A stretch of 64,000 bases of DNA from Candidatus Magasanikiibacteriota bacterium (GTDB lineage Bacteria; Patescibacteriota; Patescibacteriia; Magasanikbacterales; UBA922), in NCBI GenBank assembly GCA_018650645.1, contig JABIFP010000020.1, positions 8,385 to 72,384 on the forward strand. Direction: 5' to 3'. Shown piece by piece: positions 31,004-41,224 of this stretch. Made by a program: the position numbers and the translations under genes. How positions within the stretch are numbered: the stretch's first letter is position 1; each line of letters starts with the position of its first letter. The notes beneath the pieces were generated by a model. That model did not search any database and was not told the origin of the DNA. It saw only the letters and a list, made by a program, of their open reading frames with translations.

Positions 31004-31576
31004 ATGGCTGAGAAGATGAACAGAGGATGGGTGACACGGTACAACCGGGAACGCCGATTCGGCTTCGCGGAGGTGCATGTGGATGGCGTTCGTGAAAGCG
31101 TGTTCCTTCACATGGACCAATGCCGGAAGCTGGCTGGCGTCCCGGAGAACCCGCACTTCACCCTCAGAGAAGACAACCAGGAGCCCAGGACCTGCGGGCG
31201 CGATTCCTACAGCATCCGTCTCCACTTGGAGCGGACGTACAAGGGGTTGCGTGCCAAGACGTGGGGCTACTGGTTCTGGTACCATGACCTGGCCAGCAAC
31301 GGCTTCTTCGACCCCGTCATCAAGATGCGGGTCGAGAGAAAGAGCTACGCGGACCGTGCGTTCCGCGTCCAGCAGCAGATGACGGTCATCTCCGTCCAGC
31401 TGGACATCGACACGCTCGTGGTGACCAAAGTTGAAGGCGGTGTAATCCGCCTGAAGCTGCCCAACCGCGTGCAGCAGGAGAGCCTGAGGCGCGAGGAGGG
31501 CTGCCACCCGTTGGCGTTCAGCTACGAAAACGTCGAAGCTGAGTGCGACGAGCGCATGGTCTTTTTGACCAGATAA
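31004..31576 (+). CDS. Protein with N-terminal cold-shock (CSD/OB-fold)-like domain
   Basis: GWVTRYNRERRFGFA...SVFLH resembles RNP1/RNP2; SD GGAGG before ATG 31004; GC-rich codons. Confidence 0.7.
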   Translation: MAEKMNRGWVTRYNRERRFGFAEVHVDGVRESVFLHMDQCRKLAGVPENPHFTLREDNQEPRTCGRDSYSIRLHLERTYKGLRAKTWGYWFWYHDLASNGFFDPVIKMRVERKSYADRAFRVQQQMTVISVQLDIDTLVVTKVEGGVIRLKLPNRVQQESLRREEGCHPLAFSYENVEAECDERMVFLTR

Positions 31577-31589
31577 ACCTGAAAGGAGA

Positions 31590-31880
31590 ACTTCCAGAGT
31601 GGCGATTCTGGACAGCGATTGACGGCCTGACTCCTCACCGAGTCAGGCTATAACGACATAGCGGCCTCAACACGCCGCACAACAGCCGCAAGGCTGAAGA
31701 GAGATGAAGATCTCCGGCAGACGCCAAGTCAGTCATGGGCAAACATGACAAGACGGCAGTCTCCAAAGACTAAAGGGAGGGATTGGGACCCGCACGCACC
31801 GAAGCCGCGCAAGCCGCTGACGTTCACGATGTGGTCCCAACCTCAATTAATTGCACAATGTGTTGTGCGCTTTGAGAGGA
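31590..31880 (+). ncRNA. Putative structured 3' trailer or independent ncRNA
   Basis: About ten hairpins in series plus long-range CGCACAACA/TGTTGTGCG stem. Confidence 0.5.
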
Positions 31881-31881
31881 A

Positions 31882-31915
31882 AAAAAAAGAACCCGAATAA
31901 ACGGGTTCTTTTTTT
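31882..31915. terminator. Bidirectional terminator
   Basis: A-tract GAACCCG-aataaa-CGGGTTC T-tract. Confidence 0.85.
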
Positions 31916-31920
31916 ACTGC

Positions 31921-33144
31921 TTACTTCATCGCCTCACTCACCCGCTCAATAGCTTTTACAAACGCAGCCGTTCGCATATCAATACTATGCTGTTCTTTTG
32001 TTTCCCAAATTTCTGTAAACGCACTCACCATAATTTTTTCTAGCTTGGTAAGAACATCTTCTTCACTCCAGTGCTCACCTTTCACATTCTGATCCCATTC
32101 AAAATAGCTTACTGTTACCCCACCAGCATTCGCTAGTACATCTGGTACAACGACAATTCCCTTTTCTTTCAAAATTTCATCTGCTTCTGGAGTAGTAGGC
32201 CCGTTTGCTAATTCTACAACCGCTTTTGCTTGTACACCTGCTGCATTTTCCGCAGTAATCACATTTTCTAATGCAGCTGGCACCAAAATGTCTACATCGA
32301 GATGCAAAATTTCATCATTTGATATTGCTTCTGTTCCAGGTGCGCCAGAAACACTCCTTGTCTCTGCTTTATGCGCTTCAACAGCGGCAACATCCAGCCC
32401 TTCCCGGTTCATTGCTCCTCCTTTTGAGTCTGTAACAGCAACAATTTTATATCCAAGCCCTGACAGAATTTTTGCCATGTGTGAACCAGCATTTCCAAAT
32501 CCTTGCACAGCCACTGTTGTCTCTTCTGGCTGCAATCCTAATTTTTTGGCTAATTCAATGGTGCAATACACACCACCTTGCGCAGTAGAGTAGCTTCGCG
32601 CTTCTGACCCGCCATTTTCAATCGATTTTCCTGTAATCACTCCCGGATCTTCATGCCCAACCAGCTTTTCATATTCGTCACGCATCCACCCCATAATTTG
32701 CGGTGTGGTGTATACATCTGGTGCTGGTACATCTTTATCAGAACCGATATTTCTCCAAACCCCTTGCACGTACCCACGCGAAAGTCGTTCTATCTCTCCC
32801 TCAGACAATTCCTTTGGATTTACAATTACTCCCCCTTTTCCACCACCCATTGGAATGTTCACAGCAGCACACTTTACCATCATCCAGAAAGAAAGCGCTT
32901 TCACTTCATCTTCACTCACGTTCCAGTGGTATCTGATCCCACCTTTATACACCCCAAGAGCGTTGTTAAATTGGCTTCTAAAGCCTTGAAACACCTTTAC
33001 TGACCCATCATCCATTGTGACTGGAATATTCACATGCACCACTCGGTTAGGATACCGAAGTGTTTCATGCATATTAGGATCTAATTTCATGACCGCCGCA
33101 GCTTTATCAAGCTGACTCATCGCGTTTGTATATGCAGAGCTCAT
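31921..33144 (-). CDS. gdhA: Glu/Leu/Phe/Val dehydrogenase (glutamate dehydrogenase)
   Basis: KGGIRY, GGGKGG, DVPAPDV, QGFGNAG, ELANGP, NAGGVTVSYFEW. Confidence 0.94.
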   Translation of the reverse strand: MSSAYTNAMSQLDKAAAVMKLDPNMHETLRYPNRVVHVNIPVTMDDGSVKVFQGFRSQFNNALGVYKGGIRYHWNVSEDEVKALSFWMMVKCAAVNIPMGGGKGGVIVNPKELSEGEIERLSRGYVQGVWRNIGSDKDVPAPDVYTTPQIMGWMRDEYEKLVGHEDPGVITGKSIENGGSEARSYSTAQGGVYCTIELAKKLGLQPEETTVAVQGFGNAGSHMAKILSGLGYKIVAVTDSKGGAMNREGLDVAAVEAHKAETRSVSGAPGTEAISNDEILHLDVDILVPAALENVITAENAAGVQAKAVVELANGPTTPEADEILKEKGIVVVPDVLANAGGVTVSYFEWDQNVKGEHWSEEDVLTKLEKIMVSAFTEIWETKEQHSIDMRTAAFVKAIERVSEAMK

Positions 33145-33212
33145 ATATTTCGTATTAATCGTATTTATCTATATTGCTCCTCCTTTTTGGCTTCGTCAAC
33201 TGTGTACAACAC

Positions 33213-34562
33213 CTATGCTGCCAAATCTGTATCCGTAATACCAAGTCTACTTAGTAACGCGAGATGTTCTGGATTAGACGGGTCGTATTTACCCACACTA
33301 AACTGCATAGCAGCATCAGGATCTTCACCTACTAAATTCCAAATATCGATATTCCCTTCTCTATAAATCATATCTTTTGTAAAACACACTCCTGGAGTTT
33401 TGCCGTCCGTACCTCTAAATACTCGAACAGATCTATTATAGGCAAGCGTATCTGCCTTGCCCGATGCCGCAGCAGGATCCATTCCGCTCAATAATTTTTC
33501 TAAGTACATCTGGGCACGTATAATCTCATATACTTCTCTAAATCCTCGTTTCTGTCCATCAACACCTCTCGCGAGTGCAATGCCCAGATGTCCTGCCATT
33601 CCAGCAAAATCTTGGACATCTCCCGTTACCGCTTGCTCACGCATGGTAGCAACGCCCTCTTCCCCGCGCTCATATCTATCAAGTCCAAGCCCCAAAAGCT
33701 GTAACTTACTGTGTTCTCCATTCACACGCCGCGCAACGTGCGTTCCAATTTCATGTACAATAAGTTGCTGCAATTTCTTTGCGGTCATGCTTCTTCCCTC
33801 TGGAACAACTACTTTTTTTTCTTCTTGATTTACACTAATGCTCGTTTTGCCCGTGTCTACCACTTCCACAGTCCATCCGGTTAGCTCTAAAGAACTCATA
33901 GCCTCCCTAAATACCTCCTGAATTTGACCAGCCTCATACTGTTCTACCTTTGTATCAACAGCCGCCATAGCCTCTGAAAATGCATCCAGCGTTTGCACCT
34001 GCATAGCATCAACGATATTTTGTGTAGGAAGCGCAGCTACATCATGTGCTGAACCTTCCGGAAGAATCTCAATCAATTGCTGCGCTGCCGCAGCGATATC
34101 GGGGTTATCAGAAGAAAGTGCATCATGAGCTTTCTTACTTTCTGTTGCCAGCGTATATCCAAAAACCTGTGCAGAAGGTTCACCATATACAAAAGAGGTG
34201 TATTTCGAAAAGCGCTTCATATTCCCATTCAAGGCAGCCTTCATCATCCGTACTTCTGCAATTTTTTCGTTTATCTTCCATCTGTACGCTTGCTTTACAT
34301 CGGGATTTGGTTCTTTATTTAAAATATCTTTTTTCAATGCGAGTAGGTCATCTTCCTTAGTCTGTAAATCACCCATATTCAATTTAGGGTAATCAAGTGC
34401 GGGTGCATCAATTTCCCCATCCATAAATGCACGCTTCTGCTCTGCTCTGGCTTCTCTATCTCCAGAGAAATATTCGTATGCCTGAAAAGATCCAGCCCCC
34501 TCAAATCGACCATACCACTGTGCATCAAGTGGCTCTTGTTCTCTTCTTCTCATGCCTTCCAT
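33213..34562 (-). CDS. DUF1704-like metallopeptidase
   Basis: HEIGTH, EEGVA, R.FRG, FTKD..Y..G. Confidence 0.75.
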   Translation of the reverse strand: MEGMRRREQEPLDAQWYGRFEGAGSFQAYEYFSGDREARAEQKRAFMDGEIDAPALDYPKLNMGDLQTKEDDLLALKKDILNKEPNPDVKQAYRWKINEKIAEVRMMKAALNGNMKRFSKYTSFVYGEPSAQVFGYTLATESKKAHDALSSDNPDIAAAAQQLIEILPEGSAHDVAALPTQNIVDAMQVQTLDAFSEAMAAVDTKVEQYEAGQIQEVFREAMSSLELTGWTVEVVDTGKTSISVNQEEKKVVVPEGRSMTAKKLQQLIVHEIGTHVARRVNGEHSKLQLLGLGLDRYERGEEGVATMREQAVTGDVQDFAGMAGHLGIALARGVDGQKRGFREVYEIIRAQMYLEKLLSGMDPAAASGKADTLAYNRSVRVFRGTDGKTPGVCFTKDMIYREGNIDIWNLVGEDPDAAMQFSVGKYDPSNPEHLALLSRLGITDTDLAA

Positions 34563-34647
34563 ATGTTTGCATTATATTACATCGATAATATTGTACCAAA
34601 ATTATCCGCATATCAAAAGAAGCGCATTCCTGCGCCTCTTCTTTCTG

Positions 34648-34971
34648 TTATGCACTATGTTTATCAAGCAATTCTTGAATTTTGTCTCTTGGTACGCCAC
34701 CAACAAGGGTGTCTACCACTTTTCCATCCTTGAACATAAGGAAGGTAGGAATACTCATAACCTGATATTCACCAGAAATTGCCTGGTTCTCATCAACATT
34801 CACTTTTCCAATTTTGATTTTAGTTGCGTCGGCAGCTTCTGCAAGCTCGTCTACAATTGGTCCCATCATTTGACAAGGTCCACACCATGGAGCCCAAAAG
34901 TCTACTAATACTGGAACATCTGATTCTAATACTTCTGATTTGAAGTTTGCTTCTGTAAATGCCTGTGCCAT
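34648..34971 (-). CDS. trxA: Thioredoxin
   Basis: DFWAPWCGPC, SIPT. Confidence 0.96.
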   Translation of the reverse strand: MAQAFTEANFKSEVLESDVPVLVDFWAPWCGPCQMMGPIVDELAEAADATKIKIGKVNVDENQAISGEYQVMSIPTFLMFKDGKVVDTLVGGVPRDKIQELLDKHSA

Positions 34972-35042
34972 ACAAAACAAGTTATTTTCTAAGTGTCTAT
35001 ATAGTAAATGATTCCCTAATGGGAATCAATACTTGATAAGTT

Positions 35043-37094
35043 TTACTCAGGAACTACAGCCGGTTTTGGTTCTTTCTTTACATCAGAGAGTTTTCTGATT
35101 CGTTTCTCTTCTGTATACGCTTCTAATACATCACCAATTTCAACTTTTACTTTCCCAACAAACTTCATTCCACCTTCACTTCCCGCAGGAATCTTTTTCA
35201 GAAGCTGCTGACCGATTTGTACGGTTTCAGCTTCACCAATTCCCTCTTCTTCTCCTTCTCGTTTTACACGAATTTTACATCCCTTAAGAATTTTTCCTTC
35301 AGTAACAAGTCCACCAATAATCATCCATTTCTTTTCTGTACGGAAAATTCCTTTCACTTCCATCTTTCCAATTTCTTCAATAATAATTTCAAATTCAAGA
35401 AGCGCTTCTAGTTTTTCGTTCACCCAATCGAGCAAATGATAGATAACTTCAAACTTTTCAAAAACCATGTTCTTTTCTCTCATCAACACTTCTGCACTTG
35501 AAGAAGGCTTCACATTGAAACAGAGAATTGTTGCATTTGTTGTTTCTGCCTTTGCTACATCATCTTCTGTCGCATTTCCAAGTCCCTTACCTACAATCCG
35601 TACACCCACATCTTCGTGATGAATTTGATTGAGTGACGCAATGATCGCTTCAAGAGAACCGAGTACATCCGCTTTCAAAATAATGTTGAGTGTTTTTTTC
35701 TTATTTTCTCCATTATCATCAAGTTCAACCATGTGTACTTTTTCAGCACCAGTTTGTTCTGATCGTTTTTGTTTCACATCAATTTTATGCGCCGTTTTTG
35801 CTTGTGAAAGATTCAAAATGTCTCCAACTGATGGTGCGACTTTAAATCCAATAATTTGCGCAGGTGTTGAAGGACCAGCTTCTGGCATTTCAACTCCATG
35901 AAAATCTCTCATGGCACGTACTTTTCCGTAAATTTCATTTCCAAGTACAAGTGGTTCACCTTTTTTGAGTGTTCCACCCTGAATAAGTACAGTAGCTACA
36001 GGACCGATATGTTTATCTACATGAGACTCAATAACAGTTCCTACCGCAGGGACATTCGGATCAGCCATAATGCCATCCTCGTTCATATCTGCAACAAGGA
36101 GAAGCACATCAAGGAGTTTATCAATATGCAATTGTTCCTTTGCTGAAATTTCTACCATTGGTACATCACCACCCCACGCTTCAGGAATCAATCCTTTCTT
36201 TGAAAGCTCAGTCATTGTTTTTTGTACATCTGCAGATTCCTTATCAATCTTATTGATGGCAACAACAATTGGCATACCAACTGCCTTCATAATTTTAATT
36301 ACTTCTTCAGTTTGCGGTTTTACCCCATCGTCTGCTGCAACTACCAAAATAGCAATATCAGCAACTTTTGCACCACGACTTCTCATTACGGTAAACGCTT
36401 GATGCCCCGGAGTATCAATGAATGTGAGTGCTCGTTCACTTTTTGTTTTTGGATCGCGCCAAATTGTTTGGTACGCACCAATGTGCTGCGTAATTCCACC
36501 AGATTCGTCGTCAACAATATTGGTTTGTCTAATGGTATCGAGTAATTTTGTTTTTCCATGATCTACATGTCCCATCACAACAATAACCGGTGCACGTTTA
36601 ATTGCGTCCTCAGATTTTTGTGCATCTTCAATTGCTGAAGAAAGCTCAAGCTCTTTTTCCATGTCTACTTGATCTTCTTCTTTCTGTGATACTGAAAATC
36701 CAAGATCCTCTGCCAAAATAGCAGCCGTATCATAATCGACATCTTGGTTCTGATTTGCAAGTACTCCAGCTTTCATGAGCTCCATGATAACCTGCGTAAC
36801 AGGCATGCTAAGCATTTCTGCCAAATCTCTTACAGAGATAATTGATGGCAATTCAACTGCAAGACCACTCTCTTTTCTCATTTCTCTGTCCTTTCGTTTT
36901 TGCTCTTCTAATTCTTTCAATCGCTTGCTTTCTTGGTCTCTCTTAATCTTAGGCCACATCCGCATGATCTTTTGCGCAACCTTATTATCCACCTTAATCG
37001 CTTTTGCACCTACGTCAAAACCATACTCAGGCAAGATTCGCAGGAGTTCCTTTGGGTGGACACGTAATCTACGTGCTAAGGCGGTTACATTCAT
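35043..37094 (-). CDS. infB: Translation initiation factor IF-2
   Basis: MGHVDHGKT, GGITQHIGAY, DTPGH, KADVLGSLEA. Confidence 0.98.
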   Translation of the reverse strand: MNVTALARRLRVHPKELLRILPEYGFDVGAKAIKVDNKVAQKIMRMWPKIKRDQESKRLKELEEQKRKDREMRKESGLAVELPSIISVRDLAEMLSMPVTQVIMELMKAGVLANQNQDVDYDTAAILAEDLGFSVSQKEEDQVDMEKELELSSAIEDAQKSEDAIKRAPVIVVMGHVDHGKTKLLDTIRQTNIVDDESGGITQHIGAYQTIWRDPKTKSERALTFIDTPGHQAFTVMRSRGAKVADIAILVVAADDGVKPQTEEVIKIMKAVGMPIVVAINKIDKESADVQKTMTELSKKGLIPEAWGGDVPMVEISAKEQLHIDKLLDVLLLVADMNEDGIMADPNVPAVGTVIESHVDKHIGPVATVLIQGGTLKKGEPLVLGNEIYGKVRAMRDFHGVEMPEAGPSTPAQIIGFKVAPSVGDILNLSQAKTAHKIDVKQKRSEQTGAEKVHMVELDDNGENKKKTLNIILKADVLGSLEAIIASLNQIHHEDVGVRIVGKGLGNATEDDVAKAETTNATILCFNVKPSSSAEVLMREKNMVFEKFEVIYHLLDWVNEKLEALLEFEIIIEEIGKMEVKGIFRTEKKWMIIGGLVTEGKILKGCKIRVKREGEEEGIGEAETVQIGQQLLKKIPAGSEGGMKFVGKVKVEIGDVLEAYTEEKRIRKLSDVKKEPKPAVVPE

Positions 37095-37124
37095 GGGAGT
37101 AATCGGAGAAATATTAATGTCGGC

Positions 37125-37153
37125 AGTATAGGCAAAAAAGGGAAAAAAGTCAA
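37125..37153 (-). promoter_or_regulatory. sigma70-type promoter of infB
   Basis: TTGACT-N17-TATACT. Confidence 0.8.
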
Positions 37154-37266
37154 TGGTATTGCTGCCCTAGGAGCCAGAATAAGACCCGTCGGGTGAATCG
37201 CTTGATAAAATCCCCTATTAGGTTCACACTATATGTATGAGTCCTTCTACTCATTAATAATGGTAT

Positions 37267-37716
37267 ATGCAGTATAAACACACACAAATTGGCCATCTTA
37301 TGATTGGTGTCCTTTTGGCTTTGATAGCTTATTTTTCTGTGCTGGTCTATGTTTCTGAATACGATTTGGTGGTAATAATCAGCATGCTTGCGGTCATTGC
37401 TATTCTTTCATCGTTCTTATCACTGACTGTGCAAATAAGCCAGGGCATCCTCAAAATCCGATTTGGCTATGGCATTTTTTCAAAAACATTCAATATTCAA
37501 GACATAGCTTCAGCGCGCGTTGCTGAACATCGCTGGTATTACGGCTGGGGTATTAAATATTGGTGGTGGCCACGCACATGGATTTATTCTGTTTCTGGCA
37601 TGCAATCGATTGAGATAATTTTACAAAACGGCAAACGCTATAGGATTGGTACGGATGAGCCGGAGAAAGTTATTGAGGCGTTGAGGAAAGAACATGTGAA
37701 CATTGTAGTAGAGTAA
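37267..37716 (+). CDS. Conserved hypothetical membrane protein (2 TM plus PH-like domain)
   Basis: YKHTQIG, GWGI, IGTDEPE. Confidence 0.75.
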   Translation: MQYKHTQIGHLMIGVLLALIAYFSVLVYVSEYDLVVIISMLAVIAILSSFLSLTVQISQGILKIRFGYGIFSKTFNIQDIASARVAEHRWYYGWGIKYWWWPRTWIYSVSGMQSIEIILQNGKRYRIGTDEPEKVIEALRKEHVNIVVE

Positions 37717-37782
37717 AAAAACACCAAGAGTAAAAGGGCGTTTTATGATATAATATAGCCGAATGCTATTTTGATATTTATT

Positions 37783-40446
37783 ATGCTCAAAAAGATCTCT
37801 TTTTTCATACTCTCATTCATTGGGTGTATGATCCTGATAACACCAACGTTTGCGGCGTCTACTTATTTTTCTGATGAATTCGATACCGTTGCGCATGCAG
37901 AACTAAGCACTCGCGTTCCAGACACAGGAACAAGTTGGTCACAACTTATTGATAATGGACGAGACCTCTATGTGCGTTCTTATAATGACCATGTTACTAC
38001 TGAATCGAATGGAAGCAATGTTGGGACACTCTATCAAGCAAATGGAACATATGACAGTGCGGATTACGAAATTCTTGCACGTATTGCTTTTTCTGGTGGA
38101 GACAGTAACTACACCCGTTCATTAGCTGTGCGTATTCAAGATGCTAGCAACATGTATTTGCTTAGAGCAGGATCTGGAGCATCCGGACTTGCCATTTATA
38201 AACGAACAGCAGGTACTTGGAGTTTACTCGGATCTACCAGCTATACGCCAACAGGTGATCTCTCTGTTCCATATAATGATGCCGGAGATATTATTGGACT
38301 GCGTGCTGAAGGAAATGACCTTAGCGCACTTGTAAATGGTACCGTGCAGCTTACGGTTACCGATTCAGATCACACGCTTGCAGGTTCTGCTGGTATTGGT
38401 ACGGGATATGTAAATATCTCAACAGATGATTCTGGAACAGGAGTTGGTATTGATAATGTAATTGTTCAAGATTTAGTTGATGACACAGCGCCAACCGTCT
38501 CATATTATAACCCAGCTGATAATGCTACAGGTGTTTCCGCAACATCTACCTTTGAAATTTCCTTTGATGAAGCGATTGTTACCAGTACTGGAAATATCTA
38601 TCTCTACAAAACAAGTGACGACTCGCTTATTGAAACGATTGATATTGAAAGCGCGCTTGTTACTGCTTCAAGCACTACAGCACTTGTCATTGATCCTGCT
38701 GCTGTGCTGATTAGTCAAACTGAATATTACTTTTTTATTGATGCAACGGCAGTAGATGATACCTCTGCCAATAGCTACGCTGGAATAACAGTAAGCACCA
38801 CATGGAGCTTTACTACAGCCGACACCACTGACCCAACACTGTTATATGTTAATCCGGCAGATAACGCAACGGGAGTTGGTGTTACCTCAACGTTTGAAAT
38901 TGCCTTTGATGAAGCAATCGCCACAAGTACCGGGAACATCTACATATATAAGACAAACGATAACTCACTTATTGAAACAATTGATATTGAGGGAGCACTT
39001 GTTACCGCTTCTAGCACAAACGCTCTCATCATTGACCCCGTAGCGACATTAGACAGCAATACAGAATATTATTTCCTTATTGATATCACTGCAATTGATG
39101 ACAGCGCTGGAAACAGTTATGCCGGAATTGCATTAAGCACTGCATGGAGCTTTACTACAACCGATACCGCGGCACCAACTATTTCTGGTGCATCTCCTAC
39201 CGGCGAGCAAGATGTTGGCACAGCCACCGTTACTGTTTCTGTTACAACAGACGAAGCTGCAACGTGCAAATATGCCGCCAGCGCAGGAGCTGCATTTGCT
39301 GCTAAAACAGTCTTCTCTTCTACCGGAGCAACAAGCCACACCACATCTGTATCTACTGAGGATGACACAAGCTACTCCTATTATGTGAGTTGCCAAGACG
39401 GTTCAACAAATGAGAGTACAGAAACAACTATTACTTTTTCCATTGCGGCTCCAGTAACTGGTGGCGGTGGATCTGCCCCTGCACCGGCTCCTTCTGTTGG
39501 TGTGGGTACGAGTGACGCATTTATTCCAATGGGGACTACAAAAGATATTGGACCTGTATCAGTGGAACCACTCAATATTCTAACGCATATCAACTCCCCT
39601 GCTGAATTTGAAGCCCCGGTAAGTGGTAGTGGTGCAATGCAACCTCATAGTTTTGAAATAACCGATTTTGATCTATTTGAAAACATCATTACATTAAAAA
39701 TTCAATCTGAACCGCAGTTTGTTACACTTTCTTTAAATGAAACGGCATCTGTTGATCTTGATGGAGATGGTATTGCTGATGTGTCACTTACATTTGAAGA
39801 TGTGGTAACAAATCGAGCTGAAATTACATTGCAAGTGCTTACCGAAGAATCAGAACTAACCATACCCGTTGAAGAGCTACCAAGTACACCGGTATCCCCT
39901 ACTCCAGTTGTCCCAAAAGAGCCAGCGGTATTTACTTTTACCAGAAACCTCTCACTTGGCATGCAAGGAACTGATGTACAAGAGCTGCAAAAGTATTTGA
40001 ATACGAAGGGATTCGCCGTTGCACAGGCAGGATACGGATCGGCTGGAAATGAAACAACCTACTTTGGTAATGCTACCAAATCGGCTCTTATCAAATATCA
40101 AACGGAGTACCAATTGCCAGCATACGGATACTTTGGCGATTTAACGCGCACGTTTATCATTAGTGGTGACGAACCACTCGCGATAAAGCAAACTGTACAA
40201 CCCAAAACGACCTGGTTGTTTACAAAAGATTTACGCCTTGGAGATCAAGATAGTGAAGTGCAATTACTGCAGCAATATTTAAATGCTCATGACTATATTG
40301 TCGCTGATAGTGGATACGGCTCGCCAGGAAACGAGACAACCTATTTCGGTGCAGCAACGCAAGCAGCTCTTATCAAGTATCAAGAGCAATACCGTTTGCC
40401 AGCATATGGATACTTTGGGCCGCTGACAAGATCGAGTGTAAAGTAA
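37783..40446 (+). CDS. Secreted surface protein with tandem Ig-like (SbsA/Big_5-like) repeats and two peptidoglycan-binding domains
   Basis: Signal peptide; two PADNATGV...WSFTT repeats; two FT(R/K)xL.LG...LQ.YLN...YFG..T repeats. Confidence 0.85.
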   Translation: MLKKISFFILSFIGCMILITPTFAASTYFSDEFDTVAHAELSTRVPDTGTSWSQLIDNGRDLYVRSYNDHVTTESNGSNVGTLYQANGTYDSADYEILARIAFSGGDSNYTRSLAVRIQDASNMYLLRAGSGASGLAIYKRTAGTWSLLGSTSYTPTGDLSVPYNDAGDIIGLRAEGNDLSALVNGTVQLTVTDSDHTLAGSAGIGTGYVNISTDDSGTGVGIDNVIVQDLVDDTAPTVSYYNPADNATGVSATSTFEISFDEAIVTSTGNIYLYKTSDDSLIETIDIESALVTASSTTALVIDPAAVLISQTEYYFFIDATAVDDTSANSYAGITVSTTWSFTTADTTDPTLLYVNPADNATGVGVTSTFEIAFDEAIATSTGNIYIYKTNDNSLIETIDIEGALVTASSTNALIIDPVATLDSNTEYYFLIDITAIDDSAGNSYAGIALSTAWSFTTTDTAAPTISGASPTGEQDVGTATVTVSVTTDEAATCKYAASAGAAFAAKTVFSSTGATSHTTSVSTEDDTSYSYYVSCQDGSTNESTETTITFSIAAPVTGGGGSAPAPAPSVGVGTSDAFIPMGTTKDIGPVSVEPLNILTHINSPAEFEAPVSGSGAMQPHSFEITDFDLFENIITLKIQSEPQFVTLSLNETASVDLDGDGIADVSLTFEDVVTNRAEITLQVLTEESELTIPVEELPSTPVSPTPVVPKEPAVFTFTRNLSLGMQGTDVQELQKYLNTKGFAVAQAGYGSAGNETTYFGNATKSALIKYQTEYQLPAYGYFGDLTRTFIISGDEPLAIKQTVQPKTTWLFTKDLRLGDQDSEVQLLQQYLNAHDYIVADSGYGSPGNETTYFGAATQAALIKYQEQYRLPAYGYFGPLTRSSVK
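38479..39165 (+). repeat. Intragenic tandem duplication (~340 bp x2)
   Basis: Two Ig-like units with near-identical protein sequence and many synonymous changes. Confidence 0.85.
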
Positions 40447-40482
40447 CAAAAAAAGACACTGCGCATGGCAGTGTCTTTTTTT

Positions 40483-41001
40483 TTAATGTTTTTCAGTATA
40501 TAGCGCAACCGATTTATCATACGCTGCCATAGCTGCGGCAGCATCTTCAAATCCATTCACTTCCACCTCTTTGTTTTGCAGTTTCTTGTAATTTTCAAAG
40601 TAATGAGAGATGACTTTCAGTGTATGCGGATTAACATCTGATAAATCCTGCACACCATTCCATCGTGGATCTTCAACTGGCACACCAATTACTTTGTCGT
40701 CAGATTCACCGTCATCAATCATACGCATTACACCAACCGGCCGAACAGCTACCAAAATTCCTGGTAAAAGCGGCTCAGTCGTTAACACAATCATATCAAG
40801 TGCATCACCATCATCCCACAGTGTTTGCGGTACAAATCCATAATCAAACGGATATGGCTGCCCAGTGTGAGCAACTCTATCTAACGCAATCATCCCTGTT
40901 TCTTTATCAATTTCATATTTATTGAGCGATCCTTTTGGAATCTCAATAATCGTATTCATTTTTTCTCTAGTCCCTCTTGGAACATCATGCCACAAGTTCA
41001 T
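40483..41001 (-). CDS. ppa: Inorganic pyrophosphatase (family I)
   Basis: EIPKGS.NKYE, YGFVPQT, DGDALD, DDKV. Confidence 0.96.
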   Translation of the reverse strand: MNLWHDVPRGTREKMNTIIEIPKGSLNKYEIDKETGMIALDRVAHTGQPYPFDYGFVPQTLWDDGDALDMIVLTTEPLLPGILVAVRPVGVMRMIDDGESDDKVIGVPVEDPRWNGVQDLSDVNPHTLKVISHYFENYKKLQNKEVEVNGFEDAAAAMAAYDKSVALYTEKH

Positions 41002-41224
41002 AGTAATGGTATTAATTCAATGTACTTAGAATAGCAAAATGATGTAAAAAAGCAACCCTAGCCCTTGACTCTTTCCCTTATTTTTGTTATTAAAGGTGGA
41101 CGACAGGCCTGGAGGATCTGTTCGATCTTTACAGGCAAGTATACAATTTTTCGGAATGCGCTCGTGTTCCAAACAACAAGTACGTTACAAACTGCGTACA
41201 GGAATGAAAGAGAAGGTGCGATAA

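Noticed and set aside
31700-31905. Short ORFs in the trailer of the cold-shock-like gene
   Set aside because: No well-spaced SD or recognisable motif; the hairpin density favours non-coding structure, though not excluded.
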